Shown: piece after piece, positions 1 to 12,700 of the stretch
Layout: the number at the start of each line of letters is the position of its first letter
Numbering within the stretch: position 1 is the stretch's first letter
Source of the DNA: Phoronis australis
Lineage: Eukaryota; Animalia; Phoronida
Direction of reading: 5' to 3'
Assembly: GCA_002633005.1 (NCBI GenBank)
Contig: NMRA01000160.1
Location: forward strand, 62,001 to 126,000
DNA: 64,000 bases
The notes under the pieces: model-generated
Seen by the model: only the letters and a program-made list of their open reading frames with translations
Told to the model about the DNA's origin: nothing
Database searches by the model: none
Made by a program: the position numbers and the translations under genes

Positions 1-461
1 TCAAGAGACAAAGTTAAGGTTTCAGATGAATATGTGATGTGAAGCTGTGCCATGTGCCTACTATCAGTAAAGTACACACATATTGTACAGGGTCTGGTCA
101 AAATCACACTGCCAAGGTTTCCATGGGATTGTACTGTAAATTTACTTAAATTTGAAAAAATAATGTCCAGAATTGTAATTTTTTTTCATTTTCAATTGCT
201 CATTCTATTGCCAAAAATGTTCATAATTTAATCATTTGTTTGTTGGTGACAGACGTACTGTATCAAATTTTCAAAATGATGAAGTGAAATTGTCTTCTTC
301 TTTACTGTTGCTAAAAATTTTAATAAGATAAGATGTGCTTGTTTTGCCATATTGTGTTCTAAATGGAATACTTGTGAATTTATTGTCTCTGCGCTATTGT
401 GAACACTCTCTCAAAGGTTTGAACACAACTTAACATTTCTGCTCTAATATATATATTATAG

Positions 462-746
462 ACGTTGTAGTGGAGGTGAAAAGAGACTTTGGATCCTTCG
501 GTACTGTGCGGGTCAATTACACGACCCTAACTAGGAACCAGTACTTTGCTTATCTCCCTGGTAATGTCGAGAGAGCAAACGCCACTGACTTTGTCTCGAC
601 GCACGGCTCTCTCATTTTCTCCAGTGGGGAGAGAACGAAGACTTTCAACGTCACTATCATAGACGACGACATTGCGGAAACGGACGAAACCGTGTTTGCG
701 ATTCTCACTGGCCTGGATCTCATTCAGGGCTCTCAGATTAGAGGAG
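462..746 (+). CDS. ADGRV1: ADGRV1 exon w1 (Calx-beta)
   Basis: VEVKRDFGSFGTVRV...IIDDDIAETDETVF; donor G|gtacgt; a second in-frame AG at 469-470 makes the start uncertain. Confidence 0.85.
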
Positions 747-3700
747 GTACGTTATTTTGATAACTTGCAGTGAATATTCGGAGTTCTCGCTATGAACAAA
801 CATTCACTGCAAGTACAACGAACATTCATTGCAAGTGCAATGAATGTTCGTTGTACTTGCAGTGAATGTTGGTTGTGGTTGTAATGAATACTCAGTGTGT
901 TCCATGCATATGGAAAAGGTAGAAATTTTGGAAAATTACAAAAATAGTTTTCATGCGTGAAAAACGACATTGAAATCAACAATGAAAAACAAACTCAAAT
1001 CTTACAAGTCTCGTTATCATTTCTTGATTTTCGTTACGTTTGCTTCTTGATGCATTTGTTTTATGTCCCAAAATAACTGCAGTAAAGTAAAAAAAATACC
1101 GTGGATAGCTCTTGGAATATGAAAGTAACATGAGAGGGGACCATGAAGTGATCTCTTCTAAATGTTAACTGTCTCAGCAGAGGTGGACTTAATACGAATA
1201 AATTTCACAATTTATTACAGGCTCTTCATCCAGCAGTAAGTTTAAATTTTAGATTAACCTGTAGCGGTGCAGCCATGCATTGAGACAGACAAACTTCGAG
1301 TCGTACAACAGGGCCTACAGTCTAAGCTCGGTTCTCGAAAACAAATCAAAAATTGCCTTTCACGCTAGTTGAGTAAACATGGAAATTTGTACTCAAATCA
1401 TGCACCGTGATTGGTTAAATTTCGAGTCTGAGTCAATTCTGAGATCAAAGATTAGACCTGGGTCAGAACCACTGAGTCATCTGCTCGAATCTTACGTTCA
1501 CGCAAAAAGTCATTCATTCGAATGGAAATCATTGCGTGCCTGATTTTTTGTTCAAACAATTGTGCAGTTTATATGACGTATGCTTTTTTGTGTACGTGAG
1601 ATTCAATGTCTGTAGCTAATGATTCAGTCGTTAGGCATGGGATTCGAAATTCATAACTATGATTGGCTGGTACTCTTATTAAGGTGCCGTCTATTTACTG
1701 TATGTTTAATTGTTAACATTTTCACAGCTTCAGTCTGCATGTCACTCACTAGTAGACAAATAAATGGTAGAACTTATATCAACTAATTTATGTAACAACC
1801 TCTTGTGATTTCCAAGTTTCTATACGGATAAAATAACATTACAAAAACTGCGACTGACTTTTCTAATGTCGTTCTGCACACGAGCACGCTTTCCAGACCT
1901 TAGAAGCAGACACATTGTTGAAAAATACTTTAAAATGCAACCGGACAAAGTTCCCAGGTCACCAAACAGCAATCAAGGTCATCAAAATGAGAAAACCTCG
2001 TGGGGGGGGGTTGCAAAAGTCCTGGTCCCTACAAATGAGGCGTAGTTGGCAAGAGCTGATAAAGGAGGTACATGAATTGAAATAGAGGCATCCAATTCCT
2101 TCCTCTTCTGCCTTATATTACACGGATGCTCACCTCCTAGGCAGAATGCATGACTCATAAACGGGCCCTTCAGATTTTTGCCGACTTACATCCGTTGACT
2201 TTCTGTAGTATTTTAAGTGCGTGCGTACAGTAAGTTGTGACATGGTGACCTGTGATTGTTACCAGGTCGCCTAACACAATCTGCAGCCCTGCTGAGATAA
2301 ACGCAGTCACCATACCTAACTCATTGATTCGTCTGTCTAGTTGAGTGTGTCTGTTTTAGTTATTCTAACCGAGCTTCCATCTTGAATAACATTCATCGAG
2401 AGAATAAGAAACTGAAGACTGGTACTTTGTTGTATTTGGACTAACAGGCTCTGTATGATTGGTTTCTAGCTGTACTGCTCTCCACTTTCCCTCCCCCTTT
2501 TCTCCCCTGCCTCTCCTTTCCCCCNNNNNNNNNNNNNNNNNNNNNNNNNNNNNNNNNNNNNNNNNNNNNNNNNNNNNNNNTTTGTATGTTTATTCATTAC
2601 CTTGGTTACAAATTGTTTAGTATAAATGTGGCTCAATAATGTGAGAATTATATGTGAAGGCTGCCATTTGGATGTTTTGTGGTAAACGTATCTCAACTAA
2701 TATGAAGTGATATGGACCCACTGACCAAAACTCTGCAAAACAGGAGTTACAGTGTTGGTGGGGAAGTTTCAAAAATCACTGTGATGTATAATTCATGGCA
2801 CACTTAAAACAAAAATGAAATAATTATACGGCAACCTGGTGAATATTGAGCACTGCTTCACACAACGGCCCTAAAAACATTCTCACCACATTCCCTCTCT
2901 TTCTTTCCATTCAGAAGAGACAGGAGAAAGTGAGTGAGGTTCTCGATAATCTTTCAACAAATATGTGATTCGAAGTTGGGCCTCACAAGTGTGAATATAT
3001 GTAATCCAATAGAAATTAAAAAGCTAAAACACTGCAGGATAATCCTCTGCCTTTCTCAAATTTGTAATACTCAACAATTTTTGTTTTGTTTCTTCAGTTG
3101 AGAAATCTCCCCGTCTGAGCAGTCCTAAGTATGCTCAGATCATCATAGAGTCCAACGATAACGCCAACGGCATCTTGTCTCTGTCAGCGTCTTCTGTCTC
3201 CGTTGCTGAGAACTTCACGGGCAGTTTCATCTTCGTCGTGAGATCGGGTGGTGATTTTGGGGAAGTAGGTACCATTGTTGATATGTCAAGCAGTTAGTAA
3301 ATTTAAAACTAATTAAGCAATGTGCTGTGATTGTAGTTTGGGAATAAAAACTGATGACTAAAAGTTTCCAAATAGCCATTTGTTTAGCAAAAAGGGTAGC
3401 TCCTGCGACAAAGGCTTGGCCTTTTGTGAAACTATGAAATTGAGTTAGCTGTTTTTGCTTGGACGTAGTCCATGGTCTCCAGAAGTCCTTGATTATATTT
3501 TAGTTTATACTTGTTAAAAATTAAGATTTGCTATTCATTGCTGGTGACAGCAATTGTGTTGGCTGTGTAATTTTGATGCTGAAATAACATAGAGCAGTCA
3601 ATGTGCAGGGTTTGTACGGGTGTCTGAACACCTTGAATACCAGTCAACGGGGAACTATTTTCAAAGTTTTGGAATTACAAATATATCTCAAGTTGTTTGA

Positions 3701-6700
3701 ACATTCATTGGGAGTCCCTAACTTTTTGTTCTTCCTTAAAATTATTTAAAATTGCTTGAAAAATACTGACCATATTTTGTTATTGCAAGCACTTAACAAC
3801 TGAAACGCCGCATCGGAAGGACTTACGGTATATGTTTAGGTACGCGGGGACATTGAAAGTCCTTCAAGTTGGCTTTTTGGACAGCAGCTGGTGTACACGC
3901 GCTATTATCATTTAGGACACTCAGACACGTAAATGCTGCTGTTATGTCTAAACTGTTCGATATTCGGCTGTGTTCTCGTAGGTGACTGTCAAATTTGAAG
4001 TGCTGCCCGGCTCCGCCCAGAATCCACTAGATTACAGCTATACTTCCACTGACGTGGTCTTGAGTGACGGAGAGCGGAAGAAGGCGGTACCAGTCAGGAT
4101 AGTTAATGACCTGTTGCCAGAGGGTGAGGAGACGTTCACAGTGAGGCTTGTCAATCAAGTGACTGGAGGGGCGGTGCTCGGCACGACGACCAGTTGTGCT
4201 GTCATCATCCTGCCCTCTGATGACCCCAATGGACTATTTGGTGAGTCCCAATGGACTATTTGGTGAGTCCCAATGGACTATTTGGTGAGTCCCAATGGAC
4301 TATTTGGTGAGTCCCAATGGACTATTTGGTGAGTCCCTGTGCAAATTCTTGCGGCATACATAGTGAATTAACTTGAATTATATACCATTATGCGGCGAGG
4401 TGAAGATCGGATGATTTCTTTTCTCATTTGATTGAGAATGTTAAAATTTTCTTTGCTACATTGCGGGTATTTCTCAAAGCAGGCTCAGACATGGGCTCTT
4501 TCAATTTTTTATCGCACGTACCCAGATGAAGGAATTATGGGACATATCACTTTCGTCTACTGATATCAAGGTGATTCACTGCTCCTACAATATTTCTGCA
4601 TGTCCGTCAAACACATCATTATGTAACTTTAATGTACAGAAATCTTCTAAAGGTAGGCTTGTAGTCTTCTTTTCAGACTGGAAGTTTTTCAGTAGTTTGT
4701 CTGGCTAGAGTTTAGTGAGCTCTTTTCAATGTGATGAAAGGCTTCATGAGTGACTGTTGTTTATTTTCATTCCGTCATAGATTATAGACAATACGCAACT
4801 CCGACATTTTCTTGCGTTGGTATCCTAGAGGAGGCGCCACTCTCCTAAATTACCAATTTCAGCTTCCGGTTGATGTATTGTGACGGGAAACTCCCGCGTC
4901 TATTTTACTGTCCAGTACAACGAAAAACAAATAATACGCTGTTCAAAATTTTCCAATAATAGAATTGTTGGTATTGTGAGTACTTTTCGCACCCGACCAC
5001 ACGACAATTGATCACGGTTAGCAGACGACATGCTTGCGGGAAGTAAAACTTGCTAATTTTGCCAGGTGTTACTAGTGAATAGTGACGTCGTGGCTTATGC
5101 GTAAGATTACTGATTCCGTCCATTGAAAATATCCGGAGTTGGCTGGCCATGTTCTATAGTCTATGACGCCAGCATCAAAATTATATTATATGGATTAATT
5201 CCTTTGTATTGTTTGAGCCAGATTATCACTTCTAATGAAAAGCTCACACGCAACATTTAACATACTACGTACCTTCTCTTCTGAAAATCTGCCTATGCAT
5301 AGAGTGACCAAAACTTACGGTTTCTCTTGTACATGCTTTCAGTCAGTAATTACAACACTGCTTTACTTGAGTCGTATCGCATATTTTAGAATTCTCTGGT
5401 ACTAGCCTGACCATTGATGAGCCAGAGACACCTGGAGGAAGTATTGTCAACATTACTGTGGATCGTAAGGGTGGATTGGATGACGTCGTGGCTGTCAAGT
5501 GGCATGCGACACTCGATGGTAAGCCCAAGGTTCATTTGTTCAATGGAACAAAATCATGTAGCATATTCAGGATATATTTTGATACTTATTGATAAGTCTG
5601 TATTTTGCCAAATATCTACAAATTTCTCGATAAAATCATAATTTGAAATTAGAAAACCTGTAGTATTTGATTTTTAACTTTATGCTAATCAACCGTTAAT
5701 TTGGTCATAGGACCATGTGTTTTAATAAAATTCAGCCAAAAAGAAATGTGCATAGCAAAAAGGTTTCACTACCATTAACCAAGTTTCGCTTGGTGTCTGA
5801 AACATTCAATATGAAATCTCAAAAATGCTGTTAGATATTTTTAATTTATCATTTCATTTCATACAACTTTTGATTTTTAAAAGACGTGTTTTTGATAGCC
5901 CCTCACGTTTAAGTGGAAAATTTTAAAAACAATGTCTAAAAGCATTTTGGAGTACAGTGCATAAAGCACAGTGTCTGACAGTTTCATATGAATCCTGGTT
6001 TGTCATTTCCGAGATGTGATGTTCCAGAATTGGCCAAATTCCAAAATTTTTCTAGGATCTTACATAACCTTAACTGGATACACGTCATTTGAAGACATGC
6101 ACTATACCCGAGATGACAGATTTCATTACGTCATCCAAAATTGCAGATAAATTCTGCCAGAAATTTACAACATTTAATACGTGGCTGCTGATTTCTTCAT
6201 CGGTTACTAGTAGATGGCGCTGCATGTAAACTACATTCAGTCTCATGGGGAACTCGAAATTCACCAGGTGTCCCAAGTGAAGCACGGGACCTCTCATAGA
6301 AATGCCAGCATTCAGGCAAATCATGTGAATGCCATCATGCTGGTGAAATGTTTTTTGCTCTCAATGTATTCAGATGTCAAAAAGAAGGAACACTTGTTTC
6401 TCAAGACCACCTTGTGGATAACGAGTCGCCCATTATTGGACCATCTTAGATTGAAGTTGCCCTTTTCATGTAAATTATCACTGAATCCTAGTTTTGAGAA
6501 GAGTTCGTTATACTTGAATGTTGATGGTCATGTGAATAAATTGAGACATGCTTTCCAGGTAAGAGCGCCGAAAATGATATCACGCCTGTTGACGGAACTA
6601 TTTACTTCCTGAGTGATGAAGCTCGTCAGAATATCATTGTTACAGTGCGACCGGATGACATAGCTGAAGGTCAAGAGGTGATGTTTTGACAGTTGTATAC

Positions 6701-9700
6701 TGTGTGTTTGTATTCAGAAACGACCAAGAGCTTAGAAATATGCTTGGAAGCATTCACAAAGCCAGGTGCCTTTAAGGAACTAAAAATCACGACTGTATGA
6801 ATTGGAGATAATAAAAAATAATTGCAGGTAGTGTGGTATACGTTGTACCAGACGTGTGCAGGTTGCGCATGTGGGCCCATTGCACTAATCACCTGGAACT
6901 ATTTTTGTGCTTTATTAAAAAAAATAGTTAAAACCAAGCTGAAGAGCTAGAACCTGACTCAAGGGTCTAGCAGTGTGGCCCACAGTGGGACTCGAACCCA
7001 AGACCTCGAGTAAAGAATGTGGGCACCAATCACACTAGGCCACACTGCCTCCTGATTTGGAGATGGTCTTAGAATGGAATATGTACATTTAACAGTAAGA
7101 TCATGGAAGATTTATGTTAAGGTAAACATGGTCGTTTTTAGACTGTATAGTTATTATCATCATCATTATCATCATCATCATTATCATCATCATCCAAATG
7201 TCATTGCAGGAAATAAAGATAACGCTGATGTCTGCGACCAAACGTGGCCGTATTGGGCCAAACAATGTTTTCTCACTGTACATCACGCCCAATGATAATC
7301 CTCACGGGGTGGTGCGGTTTCTTCAGCCTCTTTATACATTGACGGAGAACCGTGAGCAAAGTATACAGTACGTCATGTTGACTCGCATGTAAGTAGTATG
7401 TTGTGACTATTGGGGACTTGACATTGTTAGGTTGGCTCTTATGTAAGTCCTACATTGTGACTTTTGGGGACTTGACATTGTTAGGTTGGCTCTTATGTAA
7501 GTCCTACATTGTGACTTTTGAGGACTTGATATTGTTTAGTTGGCTCTCACATAAGTCGTACATTGTGACTTTTGGGAACTTGATGTTGTTAGGTTGGTTC
7601 TTGTGTAAGTCATACATTGTGACTTTTGGGGACTTGGTATTATGATTTTTCAAGGCTGAATGTATTGACTTTAAAATGTCAACACGAATCCTACGTGTTG
7701 GTATCTCCTCCATTTCGATGCTTTTTGTCGCCTGAATTGCTAAGTAACAAAAAGCTTATCTTGCCAAGTTCAGTCTGAAGCAGTAGCAAATTCTCAGTTC
7801 TTTTCAAGACCTGAATTTTCTATTAATCTGAGCATGGAGCAAGTGGAACGGTAATGTTTTACAGCCAAATGTGGTCTAACTAGAAACTTTACTATGGTTG
7901 GGAGGATTGTTTTTTGACTTTTATACCAAGGTTCATTCAAGTGTTATTTTTTCCGTTCAACTTGGGTGTTGGAAATGAATGCTTTCTCATTTTCAAATTC
8001 CATGCCATAACCTCCATCAGACATTCGGTCATTCGTGACAGTGTTAGAATCTGTTGAAAATGAAAAAAGGTCAGTGTTGACTGTTATTTTTGACCTAAGT
8101 TTGTTATATTTTACTGTAATTTCGCTTCCATAGGGGTGGAACAGTGGGTGCACTGCGAGTGACCTTCAGCACCGGCGACCTTGACAAGATTAGCGAGGCT
8201 ACTAGCGGGGGCAAGACTGTGTTTGACTACTTCAATGATCCGGTGCGTGGCAGCCGAGCGTCCAATATTACTGTGGATTTGACGGGACAGGTCAACCCGG
8301 CGCAGGTAAGAAACTCTGAAAAGGTTAATTTTATTTTTTAAATTTAAGGTACCAACTCTCAACAATGGTGAGTGATGCTTTCCGAAAGGGACCTCAACAC
8401 ATACACACCACATTCACTGAACAAGAACCCTCAACACACTTGTACCACGTCAATTCCACGAGGACCCTCAACACATTCTCACCACATTCACCCCTTTTGA
8501 TGCCCTCAAAATAAGGCCGAGCACAAGGCTGTATGAGACTTCAGGCAAACACGAGATTCGAACTCGAGCTTGGCAAGTTTGATTCAGCAGTTGAGGTCAC
8601 TGCAACGAAAGTTTCCTATGAGGTTGTTGATTAGAAAAGGGTTGCCAAGACGTAGCATAGTAGATGATTTTTACTCACAAAGTTTGACAATTATCATTAA
8701 AATTTGAACACTGGTGTGCAGCGTGTTGACAGAATCCACATTTTACTCCAGTACTGAGATCCACACAGCCTGTGGTTTGGGGAAAACAGTTGAGTATGTT
8801 TCAACAAAAACTGTTTTCCTTCCAACAGCATGGTGTTACCTTGCGTTATCTCTTGTAGTACTGTGCAGAGATGTGCCTAAAATCTGAGGCGTGGAAGTCG
8901 TACGAATACAACAGCCGTACCCTATCTTGCAAGATGTTCACGTCAGCTGATGCGAGCAACCTGGACACTACCAACCTAAATGCTCTGTACTACATCAAGG
9001 ATGAAATTAAGGTAATAATTATTGTGAATTACAGTTCAGAATACTTAATATGTTGGTGACAAAGATTATTATCATGATTTTTAATGGTATCATTTCACAA
9101 ATTCCTTTTAAATTAGTTCTTCACTTATTTAGCTCACAATATGGCTGACAAGTGAAATTCCATTTTGTCAATTTCTCCACAAAAACAAAAATCACTACTT
9201 TCATTCAAGTAACCAGCCTTTGAAAAGTGGAAAAATGGCAAACTTGACAAACTTTTTTGTTTTTGTGAAAAATAAGTGAACAATTATGATGTTATATAGT
9301 TCTGGTCTCATTATTTTGACCGGAATGGCATTTGCTTTGATTTATAAAGTCTTTGTTTGGTTTTGAAAGCAATGAAAATGTCCAAAATCTTGCCCCATTT
9401 TCACAGCAGGCATTTTCTGGAATTTTGATTTGGAGTAACATTTGCTGATATCTTTTAAGAATGTGCTGTTATTTATCCTTATTCCAGGCTCGTAGATTGT
9501 ATGAATCACTGGCCAAGTCTAATATTGACTACATACGATCGACCGATGCGACTATCATCATGGCAGATGGTGCTAGTACTGGCGAGATACCCATAAACGT
9601 CTTGGCAGACAACATACCAGAACTGAATGAGAAGTTCACTGTATGTAATATACTCTATGAGTTGCATTAGACCTTAGTTCCATGGCATCGCTCTAGATTT

Positions 9701-12700
9701 TACTTCGCAGAATTTCTTTGCTAAGTCTGTTTGCTTTTTTCTTTCTTCGTTCACACTGTACAGGTCAGGTTTCTTGTCCGGTTTACATGAAATTCAGACA
9801 TAACACATATCTTGCCAGTGGCTCAAGATCAGTAGTTTTTGGGTGAAATCACATGCAAGATGACACTATGGCAGCCATTTTTCACTTCCCTAAGTCATAG
9901 CTCCGTTGTCCTTCGAAGGATATTTCTGAAATTTGGAATTATATCGACTGATCTCGTTAAGAGATATCTGAACTTAAGTCCATTTTATTTGATATCAATT
10001 CATATCAATCTAATAATCATCACTATTGATATCAGTCTGATCATCATTCATAGAAGTCTTTTGACCATTTATCAGTACTTAAGAAATCATATAAATCATC
10101 ACGATTGATGGTAAATCTTGCATGCAAAATTACATCATCCTTTCATAATTCATTTTCCCCTTGTGTAGCACTTTAACTGCCATTGTAAGCTGAGATGTAA
10201 CTTTCACTCCAAGAACCTCATCACCGTTTTTGTACCTCTTCCCCACAAACTCTCATACATTTCGTTCCTCTTACAGCTGAGCCTTTCCAAAGTTGAGCTG
10301 CTGAGCGGACCTCCAACTAATCCTGCTAACAACCCAAAGCTTGGCACTCCCAGTCAGGCGACGGTTGTTATAGCAGCCAACGATGATGCCAACGGAATGT
10401 TCAGGATTTTAAGTCCCATGGTTGCAGGCAGCGTGATCGCCGTGAATGAACAGCAGTCGGTTGTGGAGCTGACTGTGGAAAGGGAAGGTTAGGCATCTTT
10501 TTTTTAAATAAAAGTTTAAGTTTGCAAATGCATGTGGTGCTCGCTGGGAAATCTTTAAGGACAATTATGTTTTGTTGAAAAGGCATTTTAGTTCGAAATC
10601 TTATTACGAAACCCGCGATAACGCGAGTGGGGAATGATGTAGATATATTTATAAACTCATTTACCAACAAATTATCTACTATGATGTGCTTCAAAATTAG
10701 TGAATGATAGAATTCCAGTATACAGGGTGTTACAAAATTTTCACGAAATTGTAGCCAGGATGACAGCAGATTCCTTAGCCCATGTGATATCATACTGGAT
10801 AACGGAATATCCCGGTGGCAGTTATTGTCATGAACAGTCAAAAAGGCAAATTGTCTCCTATTAAACCAATGTAATATAACACACATAGTATCATGACTTA
10901 TTGTCTGTACTAATAATTGTATTGCTTTAGGTGGTAACATAGGCGATGTCTCTGTGACGTGGTCAGTCAATACCAGACTGAGCAGTGCAACTAAGGATGT
11001 CGACTTCACTGCAGATGGTGCTACGCTCAATTTTGCCTCTGGAGAAAATAGAAAAGGTTTAACTTTTTTGATAATACTGTTTCCGCTTCGTTTTAGTTAA
11101 AAATTTCATAAAATGTATTTTAACGCAAGTTAGTTTGGTCGAAATAATACTCCACATTCAACACAAATCCAAATATTTTCAAACTTAATTGAATATATGA
11201 ATTTTTTTATTTTTGGTGGTGCACCACCTCTTAAAATGGCAGTTGACTCATGCATTGCAGGTATTCCTCAACTGGTTCCATAAGTAGTAAGGTTTCCATC
11301 GGAAATTTTAAAAATATAAAAAAATTAATAAAAAATAATGCAAAACCTAATAGGGCTGAAAGTTCTGAAATTTATATATTTTACTGAAAATCTTTCGACT
11401 GACGAAATTCGTCCTGTATTCTAAATTCGTGAACAACGTAAAAGAAAGAGTACTGTTTAAAATGTCTCCCAAGTCCTTCTGAAGCCCACTAGGCCATGCC
11501 TTTTGTGGTTAGCTTGCTCTGCTTAACAAAATCATTGCCATCCCTGCTCAGTGCAGTGATTCCTAAATCTGTTGGTGTAAATTCGCGAATTTGGTACAGT
11601 GAAAATTTAATAACTTTGCTCAAGGTCGGAGCTGTCATCAAATTTTAGAAACAGGCAATATTGGCTGTCTCAATTTTAAGAATTATGATTGACAACAAAC
11701 AGTCATTCACCTCGATGTAACGACTCACTGTGAGAACGTTGTGTCGGTGACAATTTTCAACCATTTTATGAGCTGCCAAGTCTGTTTTCAAATGCTATTG
11801 ATGCAAAACACAGTGTCTGAGAAATATAGTGAATGCCAAAATGTCCCATATCCCCAACTTCAGAATCAAGAAAATCCAATATAGGCTTGACTTTCTATGT
11901 CTCAAACTGTATAGACTGTCGCAAACTTGAGAACATTCAGCATAACTCTTTGCTTAAGCTGGCAAAATTATTTGGGCCATTAAGTTCTGGTCATTACACA
12001 CAGACACGTGTTAAATCTCTTTTGTCAGGCTTTTACAGGGATGGTCAATTTTGGTTTTGCAAAAGGTGGGTTAATTAAAGATACTATGATTCGTTCGGAA
12101 ATGTCTGTTAGTTTCTTTCATTTGGGATTGTTGCATTGCCTGTTCAAGCCATTAAAAGATTACAGTTAAGATGAATACTTTCTGATACATACGACGTGTT
12201 TCAAAAGAGCCACTAGGGTTATTTTGGAAAAAAATGGTGGAGGTCTTCTCAATTGGTATCTTGCATTGCCAGCTGAAACACTCTCATTCAGCCTTGCTCT
12301 GTGGCAAGAGTGTGGTTTCACTGAGTGCGCAGCTTGGCCACTATAAATCCTGTTCACAGTGATAGACTTGAAACATATTAACCTACGTTTTAAAGACCAA
12401 TGACAAATACTACATCTTGCCTGCAATTTACACATTCTTACCGCACGTGCAAAACGAAACAAATGAGACTCCCATGAAGTTTTTTAGTCTTAATTCTTTC
12501 CTGGCAAGGGCACATACTTTTTCATAAATCTCGATATTCTGGATCTATTTTCACCTTATTGTGTGTTGCAGCTATCACAATTGGTATCAAAGATGACCAA
12601 CTTGCCGAGGTTGACGAAGACATCGTTGTTGTGTTGTCAGACCCGCAAGGTGGTGCTCTACTAAGTGCCGAAAGTAACATCACCATCATAGTGAAGGCCA

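Noticed and set aside
6960-7053. tRNA gene
   Set aside because: A and B boxes are present but I see no convincing cloverleaf. It is the head of a repeated, TSD-flanked SINE.
7403-7713. Repetitive ORFs on both strands (also 15478-15798, 44062-44265, 52115-52387 and the His-rich 7074-7295)
   Set aside because: These are translations of mini- and microsatellites.
8388-8570. Second SINE family (minus-strand B-box-like gagttcgaatc; ccctcaacacattctcaccacatt motif shared with about 2870)
   Set aside because: Too decayed to define ends, an A box or a TSD.
10401-11030. 209-aa minus-strand ORF
   Set aside because: It is the antisense shadow of exons w10 and w11 plus AT-rich intron, with no recognisable domain.
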